Below, in pieces: positions 28,795 through 38,269 of a stretch of DNA of 59,637 bases (positions within the stretch are counted from its first letter, which is position 1; each line of letters opens with the position of its first letter). Made by a program: the position numbers and the translations under genes. The notes beneath the pieces were generated by a model. The model searched no databases. It was not told the origin of the DNA and saw nothing but the letters and a program-made list of their open reading frames with translations. This DNA comes from a virus (Duplodnaviria > Caudoviricetes), in IMG/VR virus record IMGVR_UViG_3300047562_002733, positions 1-59,637 of that record; one strand, written 5' to 3'.

Positions 28795-29706
28795 TCAGGC
28801 GATGGCAGCGGTGGCGTCGATGTTGGTCAGACGACTGGCGGCGCGACCATTGATCAGAGCGATTGACACCATCCATTCGACCCGAGTCACAAGCACAGGA
28901 GCGCTAGTAGCTTCACCCAGGTCCCGGACACTCGGGCCGCCGTTCTGGATACCAGTCAGGTGATCGTTGCCGAAGGACACAACATAGATCGACTGATCAC
29001 CAGGGGTGCCGTCCAGGATGGGCACGTTCTTGTGGTCGCGATCGATCTCCAGTACCGGCAGACCGCCGTACACCAGTTGCTGGCCGCCGAACTCGGAACG
29101 CTGGATGTCGATCTGGCCGGAGGCACGGGCCACGGCGCTCAGATGACGACGAGCGGACTTGGACATTACCAGATACTTCTGGCCGCCCTGGGCATCAACA
29201 GCGTCGATGGCTTCATCGAGTTTGTTCAGGTCCAGCGCAGCAGCACTGGAATCATTGGCAATGATCTGGGAGTGGCTGCCGGCCTCAGCGGCGGGCAGAC
29301 GGACGCTCAGGCCATCGAACTCAGCGGCAGTGCTGTTGCTGTCACCATTGATGAACAGACCCTCGAAGGCCAGGCGCATGGCGCGAACCTTGGCCTGCAC
29401 CTGATAGGCGCGGGCCTGGGGGCCTTCCAGTTCAACGATAGCACGATCGACCTTGATGTCGCCACCAAAGAGTTTCAGCGCTTCGCTGTACTGACGCACC
29501 TCGGCGTAGCTCTCGCTGTAGCCATCATTGAAGGCGCGGAAACCCACGTCCCCAAGATTCTCTTCACGCTTATAGAACAGACCAGAGCCCTGCACTTCAC
29601 GGAAGGGCAGCGTGCTCAGCAGGGGACCCGCAGAAAGCTCGGTGATGATAGCAATCTCTTGGGGATTGCGGCTATGCTTTTTAGCCTCAACAAGACTGAG
29701 ACCCAT
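28795..29706 (-). CDS. Major capsid protein
   Basis: 303 aa, strong codon bias, downstream of the scaffold; LPF..V.G..Y.RE, FINGD...EFDGL. Confidence 0.85.
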   Translation of the reverse strand: MGLSLVEAKKHSRNPQEIAIITELSAGPLLSTLPFREVQGSGLFYKREENLGDVGFRAFNDGYSESYAEVRQYSEALKLFGGDIKVDRAIVELEGPQARAYQVQAKVRAMRLAFEGLFINGDSNSTAAEFDGLSVRLPAAEAGSHSQIIANDSSAAALDLNKLDEAIDAVDAQGGQKYLVMSKSARRHLSAVARASGQIDIQRSEFGGQQLVYGGLPVLEIDRDHKNVPILDGTPGDQSIYVVSFGNDHLTGIQNGGPSVRDLGEATSAPVLVTRVEWMVSIALINGRAASRLTNIDATAAIA

Positions 29707-29866
29707 GGTAAACCTCTAAAGGGTAGACAAGAAAAGAACGGGTGATTTGCTTCTGATGGCATCTCGCCTAGACCAAAAGCTTGACACCCTTCTAATCCTT
29801 GTCGTCTCGACTTCGGATATCAGGGTATCTCCTCAGCCTAGTATGCCAATTTATTTAAAATGTTAC

Positions 29867-29893
29867 AAAAAAGCCCCTAAGTGGGGCTTGTTT
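29867..29893 (-). terminator. Terminator between scaffold and MCP
   Basis: AAGCCCC-TAAGT-GGGGCTT stem with U-tract. Confidence 0.7.
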
Positions 29894-29894
29894 A

Positions 29895-30644
29895 TTACAT
29901 GCTGCCAAATGCGCGTTCAAACATTGCATCAGAACTCAGAGAGCCAAAGTCTTCGGCCGTCATACCATTGGCGTCAGTTCCTCCAAAGCCAATGCCTGCT
30001 CCACTACCAAGTTGTCCCTTGAAGAACGTCCCGTAGATAGGATGGGACTTAAAGGAACTCAGGTATTCCTCAGGAGCAATTCGCTTGCCAGTATCGGCAT
30101 CCAGGATCGGATCGCCATTGCTGTCTACAACGGTGATGCCACCATTCGCCTCCAGGCGGAAACTGGAACCAAGACGATCTGCCAGTAAGTCAAAGAAGCT
30201 AATGCCACCTTCGGAGTCAGTGCGGCCACCAGCAGCAAAAAATACCTTCTCCAGGGCATAACGCTTGCGAAACTCTTTGAGCTCGCTCTGGTATTGCTCC
30301 GCCTTCTTGTTGGCTTCAGCAGCTTGAGCACCGTACTTCTCTTCCAGAAGGGAAGTCCGTTCCTCCGCCGCCAGGCGTTCACGTTCAGCAATCGCGGCCT
30401 CTTCTTGTAGGCGGCGATACTCCTCGGGATTGATTTGCGCAAACTTCTCCAGTTGCGCAGACTTTTCCTTGAGTTCTTTCTCGTAGGTTTTCCTCGATTC
30501 GCGCTCGGCCCGGAGGGCCTTCATTAGGTTGTCAACTTCAGACTTAGGAATCAGGTCGGTGTTAACGGCGCCGACACCAGACTCCTGGTTGGCATTGCTT
30601 TCATTGACTTCCGTCTCGGAGGTCATTGCTTGGTTTTCGGGCAT
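29895..30644 (-). CDS. Capsid scaffolding protein
   Basis: Long coiled coil, C-terminal GSGAG motif, immediately upstream of the MCP. Confidence 0.75.
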   Translation of the reverse strand: MPENQAMTSETEVNESNANQESGVGAVNTDLIPKSEVDNLMKALRAERESRKTYEKELKEKSAQLEKFAQINPEEYRRLQEEAAIAERERLAAEERTSLLEEKYGAQAAEANKKAEQYQSELKEFRKRYALEKVFFAAGGRTDSEGGISFFDLLADRLGSSFRLEANGGITVVDSNGDPILDADTGKRIAPEEYLSSFKSHPIYGTFFKGQLGSGAGIGFGGTDANGMTAEDFGSLSSDAMFERAFGSM

Positions 30645-30809
30645 TGCTAGCAGGGTATCTCACCCTATGGGGCGCAATAGGATACCTAAGAACTTTTCTT
30701 GATTTGAACTGTATTGATCGGAGGCTTTGAATTCATAATAGAAAACTGCCGCCTTAATAGTGCTGCTGTAATTTTTGATTTCTGCAACAAAACTTGATCT
30801 TGATTCATT

Positions 30810-31541
30810 TTAACCTATGTGGGGTAAGAGCCAGTTCTCTGCGCTACTGCTTATCACGTTAGGGGTTACACCATAAAGAGAAGCTATGTCACCCTTGAAA
30901 GCATTAAGGTCGGGTTCTACGGTTGCAAGGTCCATCGAGCCTGATGTGTCAACGAAGATGTTAACACTGTCAATGACCTGATTACCGGAATTTATACTGC
31001 TGGGCAACAAGGTCTTCCAGGCTGGACCACTGGTTTTCTGAAAGGGGTCGCCCGGTCTTCCAACTGACGCGATTTTTGCTGCAGGGTCGTTAGCGATAAC
31101 CGATGGGGAGTTGACACTACTGATTTGAGAGCTATTATATGTTGGTACTAATAGCATAAATTGAGAATATGGGTTTGCCGAACGATAGCGCTGCCAATCG
31201 GCTTGTTGGTCTCCGCTATAATTGTCATCTTCGTCTATTACGGAAACATCTAATCTAACCCTTCGTGCTCCTGGTTTTTCTTTCTTCTCTTCCCTCTGAA
31301 TCGGAGACCATGTTTGTGCAATTTCACCTCCGTTATAAGTGTCAATAACTAGCGTGTCTTGGACAAAAGGCTGAGAAGGAGAATAAAAGCCAGGTAGTCT
31401 TTCGTATGGCAAGCCAAGTTTTTTCTTTGCAAGCTGTTGTATTGCCCACGCTGCAACTCTTCTTGATGTCGCGGCACTCAAAGATCCTCTCAACAAGGCA
31501 GACAGTTCTTCGTTTACCGAGATGTTGATATCGAGGCTCAT
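30810..31541 (-). CDS. Tail-region protein with vWA-like MIDAS motif
   Basis: IFVDTSGSM (DxSxS) near the C-terminus. Confidence 0.5.
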   Translation of the reverse strand: MSLDINISVNEELSALLRGSLSAATSRRVAAWAIQQLAKKKLGLPYERLPGFYSPSQPFVQDTLVIDTYNGGEIAQTWSPIQREEKKEKPGARRVRLDVSVIDEDDNYSGDQQADWQRYRSANPYSQFMLLVPTYNSSQISSVNSPSVIANDPAAKIASVGRPGDPFQKTSGPAWKTLLPSSINSGNQVIDSVNIFVDTSGSMDLATVEPDLNAFKGDIASLYGVTPNVISSSAENWLLPHIG

Positions 31542-31542
31542 G

Positions 31543-31953
31543 TCAGTCGTCTATGTTTAGGTTGATTCGATACCTTTGAATCTGGTCGGCAAACATAACA
31601 ATTCCTGGGTCTTCTATGACCAAGGAATGTGGATACAATTCAGAATCAAGATAGATGACAATCCTGTTGAAGCTGTAGCTATCTGTTGCGGTAAACTCAG
31701 CATCTATATAAGGGATTTCATACCTGCCGTCAACCAAGTCATAACTGCCCGCAGGTACAACCTGGGAATACTCCGTATATCCGGCAGCATCAATTTCTAT
31801 TGTTTTCCAGTCCGCAATGCTAGTATTTTCATCGTAGTCAAGTGCGGCTTCTGTCGTGGCGTTGCAAAGCATGACCCTCAAGGTCTTGCCTTCATAAGCC
31901 AGAACAGCGATACGCTCTAGCTCTTTTGAACTAAGTGTTGACGTAATCGCCAT
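31543..31953 (-). CDS. Tail/baseplate structural protein
   Basis: Paralogous to the N-terminus of 31970..33157. Confidence 0.6.
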   Translation of the reverse strand: MAITSTLSSKELERIAVLAYEGKTLRVMLCNATTEAALDYDENTSIADWKTIEIDAAGYTEYSQVVPAGSYDLVDGRYEIPYIDAEFTATDSYSFNRIVIYLDSELYPHSLVIEDPGIVMFADQIQRYRINLNIDD

Positions 31954-31969
31954 ATCCGCCTATTAACTG

Positions 31970-33157
31970 CTATAGGATACCCGAATAAGAAGGTAATTCC
32001 GGCGGTTCAAAATTGTCTTCATACCTTGCTGTTCCGATCGTCATCCGAAAGTTGTCTATGTATCCGTTAAAATTGCGACTCACAGAATCCTCGGATGCCC
32101 CTAGGACGAGTTCTGCCACAGATGTTTGAATAGAAAAGAAATCGTCAAATGTTTCCTCACTAGCAATCACGCCGTCAACAAATAGGATAAACCTTGTTTC
32201 GGCTCGAACAAATGCCACATGGCACCACCTTTTCTCTGGTACCAACGCTCCAACGCTCGTTATCGGATAAACAAATTTAGGGCTTCCTGTGTCAGTAACC
32301 ATATTAGCATTAAGTACAAATCCGTTCGGATTTTCCGTTGTGGCAAAATCACTATCTTTTCCTACGTAAAAAATCCAGCTCCCTCCAGGGCCGTGGGCAA
32401 TGGTCGCCCTAGAGGAAGAGAAGGCACCAGCAAGAAAAATATGCGCTTCAATTGTGAAGTCAAGATTGTCAAGATTCAATGAAACCAGTTGCTGAATATA
32501 CAGTCCGCCCTTAACCCCGCCGGAATCAGTAAATGATTCAAGAGAATGCGCTCCAAATTTAGACCTTTTCCTAGAAATAAGTGAACCACTAAGCAATTGA
32601 AAACTACCCAGATCAAGCCTGTAAAAGCCAGAATCAGTTGCACCCGAAGCAAAAGAACTTCCCTCTCCGCCCTCCTCGAACGTAATATAAACCCGTGTTT
32701 GACCAAAAAACGGGTCTTCAGGTGCTTCTATCTGAAGAGGGAAGTCTACTTGACTTAGCTTAATGTCAACACGATATGAAACACTTTCTCCATCGCCAAG
32801 GGATTTTGCTGGTGAAATCGTTGACACCGAAACAGGGTACAAAGCTGATTGCTCAAAAATCACTAGACTGTCGTAGGTGTACGATCCACCAGTCGCGCTG
32901 AAATCAGCAGGAATCTCAGCGGCAAGACAGGTTCCATCGGTTAAGCTAGGAGATCCTACATCCTGTAGCAGGTAATTACTTCTTGAATAGCCATTGCCTG
33001 AAACCTCTATGGTCTCCCAGTCAGAAATACTGCTTTCGGCTGTGTAACTGGTATCACCATTTGTGTTGCACAAAATGGTGACATAGGTTTTGCCTGAATA
33101 AGCATCTTCAGCTATTCGCCTAAGACCTTCCCTTGCGGTAGAACCCAGTAAACCCAT
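31970..33157 (-). CDS. Tail protein with C-terminal LamG-like domain
   Basis: DFTIEAHI, WCHVAFVR, FNGYIDNFRMTIGTARY. Confidence 0.7.
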   Translation of the reverse strand: MGLLGSTAREGLRRIAEDAYSGKTYVTILCNTNGDTSYTAESSISDWETIEVSGNGYSRSNYLLQDVGSPSLTDGTCLAAEIPADFSATGGSYTYDSLVIFEQSALYPVSVSTISPAKSLGDGESVSYRVDIKLSQVDFPLQIEAPEDPFFGQTRVYITFEEGGEGSSFASGATDSGFYRLDLGSFQLLSGSLISRKRSKFGAHSLESFTDSGGVKGGLYIQQLVSLNLDNLDFTIEAHIFLAGAFSSSRATIAHGPGGSWIFYVGKDSDFATTENPNGFVLNANMVTDTGSPKFVYPITSVGALVPEKRWCHVAFVRAETRFILFVDGVIASEETFDDFFSIQTSVAELVLGASEDSVSRNFNGYIDNFRMTIGTARYEDNFEPPELPSYSGIL

Positions 33158-33166
33158 TACTGATTA

Positions 33167-33598
33167 CTATGCAACCACAAACTGGAAAATACCATTGGCA
33201 TTCCAGACAATTTTGAAATCAGTACCATCGCCTGCTTCTTCAATTTGCCCAAAATCAACCAAAGCCAAAGGTGGATCACCGGCAATTGTGTCATTATAGA
33301 GCAATGCGTAACTGGCGATAATGGAGCCTCCACTCGCGGTCCACGTCACGTCATCAGCATCAAAAGACGCGTCATTAGTAGTGACAGTACCAACAGTTAC
33401 GTTCGCCAAAGACTGGCCGCCAGTGGTATACCCATTGCCGTTTGCAACCTCGGTGTAGGTTACACCAGCCAAGGTCGTATTGGTTGCATCAAAGGTTACC
33501 GCAGTGCAAAGGATTACCTGATACGTGTCGGTATAGTTCAGCGACCCCTCAGCAAAAAGCTTAGAAGTATGATTATAGAGCGAAACAGTAACAGCCAC
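33167..33598 (-). CDS. Tail structural protein
   Basis: EVANGNGYTTGGQSL, FDADDVTWTASGGSI, LALVDFG. Confidence 0.65.
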   Translation of the reverse strand: MAVTVSLYNHTSKLFAEGSLNYTDTYQVILCTAVTFDATNTTLAGVTYTEVANGNGYTTGGQSLANVTVGTVTTNDASFDADDVTWTASGGSIIASYALLYNDTIAGDPPLALVDFGQIEEAGDGTDFKIVWNANGIFQFVVA

Positions 33599-33647
33599 GA
33601 TCCGGTGCCGACTTTAACTGAATTAGTTTACCATTTCATCAAGCGGA

Positions 33648-35480
33648 CTACGGACCTATGACCACGGAAGGAGAGGCGCTATCCAGTGAAATACTTAATG
33701 CTGGAGCAGCAACAGAGACTCCTGTCTTCACTGAAGGATCTTCAACGTTAACTGCCACAGCAGCAGCAGGAACAAGAATTCTTACATTGATTGCTGCCGT
33801 TGCCGAACCTGGGTACTGCCGCCCAGGACCCCAGATAATCCTGACAGCGCCACCGCCGCCATCAGAACCAACCCTGGCCGTGTCGTCCTCTGCACCACCA
33901 CCGCCGCCGCCATAGAGACCGCCAACACCAGCAGCGCGACCGCTGCCGCCGCCAGAGCCGCCGCCTCCTGGGTTATTTGGAGCACCACCAAGCCCGTTAG
34001 CTCCTTCCCCAAAGATCCCGACACCGCCGCCAGCGTTATTTGGAGCGCCGCCGGCTTGCTGGCCGCCGCCACCGCCGCCACCGCCGCCACGTCCATCACT
34101 GCCAATACCGGTATTGGTTTCCCCGCCGTCACCTCCATAACCGGAGTAACCGCCAGCACCGCCACCACCGCCGCCGCCTTGGTTTGAGGTGCCGCCTCCG
34201 CCGAATCCGCCTTCTCCAGCCCAGTCCGGAGAGGCATAATTTGCATCAGTTATAGCTGGATATCCAGGCTGAGCCGAGGACCCGGTTCTAGGGCCGCCTG
34301 CTCCCCCTACGGCCCAGCATAATTCGCTGGTTCCGCGAAGTAGGACTGAATCTCCACCTTTGGAGCCGGCGCTATCGACCGTTGCCCCGCCAGCGCCGCC
34401 AGCGCCAACATTAACGGTCAACAACTCTCCTGGGGTTACAAGAATATCATTGACATAAGCAATGGCACCGCCGCCGCCACCGCCGGCACTGATTGCGCTA
34501 CCTCCAGGGCAACCCGACGATCCGCCGCCACCACTGACACAAAGAACAGAAATGCTGAAGACGTTGTCTGGCACCTCAAAGCTATAGCTTCCTGCTGTGG
34601 TGTAAATCTGCTGACCATATTGAGCGATGTAGGGTGGATTAGCCACCAAAGAAGTGGTTGCAACAGGAGGTCTAACCGCTATCGGGGTCTCGACTTCTGG
34701 AATATAATTTACAACTCGTAACTCAGTAGTAGAAACAAACACAATAGTAGCTGGCTCGCCAACATTAGCAGGGGGTACCCCTGTCGTGTAAATACTGGAA
34801 ACAACAGGAACGTTAGCGATAACACCAGTCGAAACGATTGGCGCTGCACCAATTAGTTCAATGGTCTTAATATCAGGAACTCCTCTCGCATTGATTGACG
34901 GGCTCAGTCCAACTGTTTGAATTGTCGCGAGGGGGACTGTTTCTGTCGTGGTAATTTCTACATTAGTAATAATGGTGTCGAATTCAGATAAGACTGGAGT
35001 AACTGAGTAGCCAAATGATTGGATTTGTGGTTTTATGTATGTATTCCCCTCTACTTCTACTGTTTCATTCCAAACAGGAAGCACCTCAGAGACGACCATC
35101 TTTGGCCCTGGATTTGGACCAACGTTCGTCCAGAGGGTTCCATCGTAAACCCAAATATCATTATTGAACCTTTCGACGACCCCATCTCCACTAATAGCAG
35201 ACGGAAACAAAGCGTTCAGACGACCTTGAGGATTATCGCCGGTATCATTGATACACCCTATCATCTGATCCGGAGAATCATCATAGATAACCGGTTCTGG
35301 AGGCAAATTTACATAAGTGATACCTGGCGCTACCGGAGTAAAAATTGCAGCACTCTCGGACGCAGGTACTTCCGGCGTTATGCCGCCTGAATCAGGGACA
35401 GAAACATAGCAGGATTGAATTATGTCCGGTGGAACTGCCGAAAGCGAAATGGCTATTACACTGGCGAGAACTTCTATCAT
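33648..35480 (-). CDS. Glycine-rich tail fibre/minor tail protein
   Basis: YTTAGSYSFEVP..V..ISV.CVSGGGG, poly-Gly domain, GAVRIIWG. Confidence 0.7.
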   Translation of the reverse strand: MIEVLASVIAISLSAVPPDIIQSCYVSVPDSGGITPEVPASESAAIFTPVAPGITYVNLPPEPVIYDDSPDQMIGCINDTGDNPQGRLNALFPSAISGDGVVERFNNDIWVYDGTLWTNVGPNPGPKMVVSEVLPVWNETVEVEGNTYIKPQIQSFGYSVTPVLSEFDTIITNVEITTTETVPLATIQTVGLSPSINARGVPDIKTIELIGAAPIVSTGVIANVPVVSSIYTTGVPPANVGEPATIVFVSTTELRVVNYIPEVETPIAVRPPVATTSLVANPPYIAQYGQQIYTTAGSYSFEVPDNVFSISVLCVSGGGGSSGCPGGSAISAGGGGGGAIAYVNDILVTPGELLTVNVGAGGAGGATVDSAGSKGGDSVLLRGTSELCWAVGGAGGPRTGSSAQPGYPAITDANYASPDWAGEGGFGGGGTSNQGGGGGGGAGGYSGYGGDGGETNTGIGSDGRGGGGGGGGGQQAGGAPNNAGGGVGIFGEGANGLGGAPNNPGGGGSGGGSGRAAGVGGLYGGGGGGAEDDTARVGSDGGGGAVRIIWGPGRQYPGSATAAINVRILVPAAAVAVNVEDPSVKTGVSVAAPALSISLDSASPSVVIGP

Positions 35481-37522
35481 GACGACCTACCAATCACTCC
35501 CCAATATAACGCATCAATAGAAGCAACAACTCCAGTGTTGCTAAAAGTCCACGATAATCCATTGGTCCTGTACAAGGCGGATGTACCATTTGCCCTGATA
35601 ATAACAGAAGAAAATGGCTGGTTTGGTATGACCTCTGGGATAGTTTGGATATTCATGCCATTCCTGTTACCAAGCAGCATCTTGTTTTGAATTGTGCCAA
35701 ATTTCTTTGCCTTTTGAGCCGCGTCACTTTTTCTGCTTACATAAGTATTCCCTTGTTTTATGAATACATCATCAGGGGCGTAAGGCATCGAAAACTCGGT
35801 TATACGTTGTGCTTGAGCACTTCCAAGTGCCAACTCCAGGCCGGAACTGGATTCCACAGTAAATCCAAGATTATTAGCATTTGCCCTAGAGGCGCTATCA
35901 GGCCTGGTCTCAGCGAAAGCACTTCGACCGGAGATCATTCTGACTGAAACATTTTCAACCTCCATATCCTTTTCTTCCCATAACTCATAAACAGTAGGAC
36001 TGAAGCTTACAGACCTAGCCAAGGTGGGTATTTTGTACTCTTCTGTGATAATCTTGGACACAAATCTTCTGTCTGTTACAATTTCATTAAAGCTAGCAGA
36101 ACGTACAAAGTCCCTAAGAGCCTTTCGTCTCACGTTGACACCAAAGACCCCTGAATCTTCATAAGTAATAACAGTCTTTTCCGAGATTTCATTCTGGGTT
36201 AAGTCTCTGGGCTGACTCCAGACCGGGGTCTTGTATTTTATCTTATAGGTCTTCTTTTTGCCACGCCACTTGAACTTAAAACTGCTTTTGACTGTTTCAT
36301 ATCTGAAGTTATTGTACAAGAAGAACTGTGAATAAAGCAGGCCAGGCTCTGACTGCTGCACAGTCGCGCAAATAGGTTGGTACGTCTTGGTGATTTCCCT
36401 TTTTATTGTATCATAGTCTTCTGGTTTTTGGCCAACGTCTCTGTACTTGTACTCATAGTTCGTCACTGTAACTTTTCTCGACAGCACTGAGCCTATTCGT
36501 TGCATTTGTAGGCGCTTGTAGTACGGGTCTAACAGGAAGGCTGTTTTGCCTTTAATATAATCCGGAGCGGTTTCAGCTAGTATACTATGCTCCACTGTTC
36601 TTCTTTGTTTTACTCTGTCCCATTTGTCATACAGTGTAATCGTCTCCGTCTTTGGAACGTAAGAGAATACAGGAGGAGCATAATAGTACCTAGAGGTAAC
36701 ACCCTCATCTTCGTCAAAACCTGCATCACCCTGTCCCCATACGATTGTTTTTTCGGGGGAAAGAACTATATCGTAATCCCAGTTATAAGGATTGGCACCT
36801 CCCTGGTCCGCAGCAACCTCTTTTTTCCCTAGCACAAGGGTGTTGTAGCTAACGGTAACAGCTTCTCCAGGTAGTTCGCCGCTGTTGATACTGCCAACTT
36901 CTACTACATTTTGCTCACTGAAAATTGGTGTCGGCCCATCATAAGAATCTAGTGCCCTAATCCTGAATACTTCACCTTGATCAAGGTACCCAAAATACGA
37001 CTCCGACACCAGTAGGTCATTCAAGATATTAACGTAGCCGCTACCAAAATCAAAAGTCGATATGCTGAATTTATTTGTTAACGGGATTGGATCGTGCTGA
37101 AGTCCTAGTGCATCTAGACATTGTTTGGCTATAGATTTCGCATTGATCGGAACAGTAACTATATCCTGCTCTGCTTCAGTTCTGTCTGCATTTTCGGGAT
37201 CGTTAAATGCAGTCCAGTCAATTGCCTCTCGTAAACTCGACAAATAAGTAAGTTTACAGCCAAGGCTTACTGTGGTCTGCTTGGTAAAAGGATTGGCAAA
37301 AAAGCTTAAAACACGCAGTCGCCTTGGAATGTTTCTTGCTAGCCCATTTTTCACGTATCCAAACGTCACTTGTTGACCGACGCTCGGCGTGATAATTCCA
37401 TCTATGACGCAATCACCCGTTGTAGTGATCAGGCCAGCCCCTTGGATAAAACTATCACTAACAGAGCCAGAGATCACCCTCCCTAAACTGCATGATACGG
37501 TGGCCCTGAGATCGATAGCCAT
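35477..37522 (-). CDS. Tail tip/baseplate hub-like protein
   Basis: 681 aa, second gene after the tape measure; call from position. Confidence 0.55.
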   Translation of the reverse strand: MAIDLRATVSCSLGRVISGSVSDSFIQGAGLITTTGDCVIDGIITPSVGQQVTFGYVKNGLARNIPRRLRVLSFFANPFTKQTTVSLGCKLTYLSSLREAIDWTAFNDPENADRTEAEQDIVTVPINAKSIAKQCLDALGLQHDPIPLTNKFSISTFDFGSGYVNILNDLLVSESYFGYLDQGEVFRIRALDSYDGPTPIFSEQNVVEVGSINSGELPGEAVTVSYNTLVLGKKEVAADQGGANPYNWDYDIVLSPEKTIVWGQGDAGFDEDEGVTSRYYYAPPVFSYVPKTETITLYDKWDRVKQRRTVEHSILAETAPDYIKGKTAFLLDPYYKRLQMQRIGSVLSRKVTVTNYEYKYRDVGQKPEDYDTIKREITKTYQPICATVQQSEPGLLYSQFFLYNNFRYETVKSSFKFKWRGKKKTYKIKYKTPVWSQPRDLTQNEISEKTVITYEDSGVFGVNVRRKALRDFVRSASFNEIVTDRRFVSKIITEEYKIPTLARSVSFSPTVYELWEEKDMEVENVSVRMISGRSAFAETRPDSASRANANNLGFTVESSSGLELALGSAQAQRITEFSMPYAPDDVFIKQGNTYVSRKSDAAQKAKKFGTIQNKMLLGNRNGMNIQTIPEVIPNQPFSSVIIRANGTSALYRTNGLSWTFSNTGVVASIDALYWGVIGRSS

Positions 37523-38269
37523 TTAGATTATCTGCCCCAATTGCATGGTGACGATATATTCTGTGGTTTTTACTCCGCTGATCACTTTTCTCTCGGCTGT
37601 CGCTATTGGCACGGAAATCGGATATAGATCCCCCGTGGTAGGCGTTGTTACGATTGTAGCTTCATACCATGCCCTGATATTGTTCCAACCAGCTTCCGTT
37701 GTCGCTCCTTCGATGTCTTTAATTTTGTAGACTACTTTGGGTCCTTCAATGTAATGAACTCCGCCCGCAGTCAGGTTGACACTGGGACCTTCCCCATAAG
37801 TATCGACTGGTTTTTTAAGCGTCAGGACGACGCCATTGATTGTAATCGTTCCAAAATCAGGCAGGTCTTCCTGCTCTGTTGCTAGCGCCTGTTCTCGCAG
37901 GAGTACCGCTAAGGCCTCGTTGGCATCAATGACTGATGCTGTTACGGCCAGCCAGTAACCATTTTGGTCAGCAACTGGTGGCTCATCAAACCAGCAGGCT
38001 ATATTACTCCAGGTCTGTCCTCCGGCTCCAGTGCCAGAAAACAAGACAGTTGTTCCGATGGATTCAGACGTGAGCGAATCTTCGTCGTTAATCCTAAGTG
38101 CTCGCCAGGCGTCGTACACGCTGACCAGGCTCAGCCATTCTGATGGTGTAACCAAGCCGGAAACCACCCATCGACGGGCAACCAGTCCAGCCCTTCCATT
38201 GGTCGCGTCATAAACCAAGGGCTGAGCGATTAACCTAGAGAAAGAAACACCGCCAATGGATATTGCCAT
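37523..38269 (-). CDS. Distal tail-like protein
   Basis: Directly follows the tape measure; call from position. Confidence 0.5.
   Translation of the reverse strand: MAISIGGVSFSRLIAQPLVYDATNGRAGLVARRWVVSGLVTPSEWLSLVSVYDAWRALRINDEDSLTSESIGTTVLFSGTGAGGQTWSNIACWFDEPPVADQNGYWLAVTASVIDANEALAVLLREQALATEQEDLPDFGTITINGVVLTLKKPVDTYGEGPSVNLTAGGVHYIEGPKVVYKIKDIEGATTEAGWNNIRAWYEATIVTTPTTGDLYPISVPIATAERKVISGVKTTEYIVTMQLGQII

Noticed and set aside
28960-29745. 261-aa plus-strand ORF opposite the capsid gene, and similar antisense ORFs in terL and the tape measure
   Set aside because: Shadow ORFs caused by codon bias of the real minus-strand genes.
33890-34540. GCC/CCG-rich tandem repeats
   Set aside because: Explained by poly-glycine codons of the tail protein.
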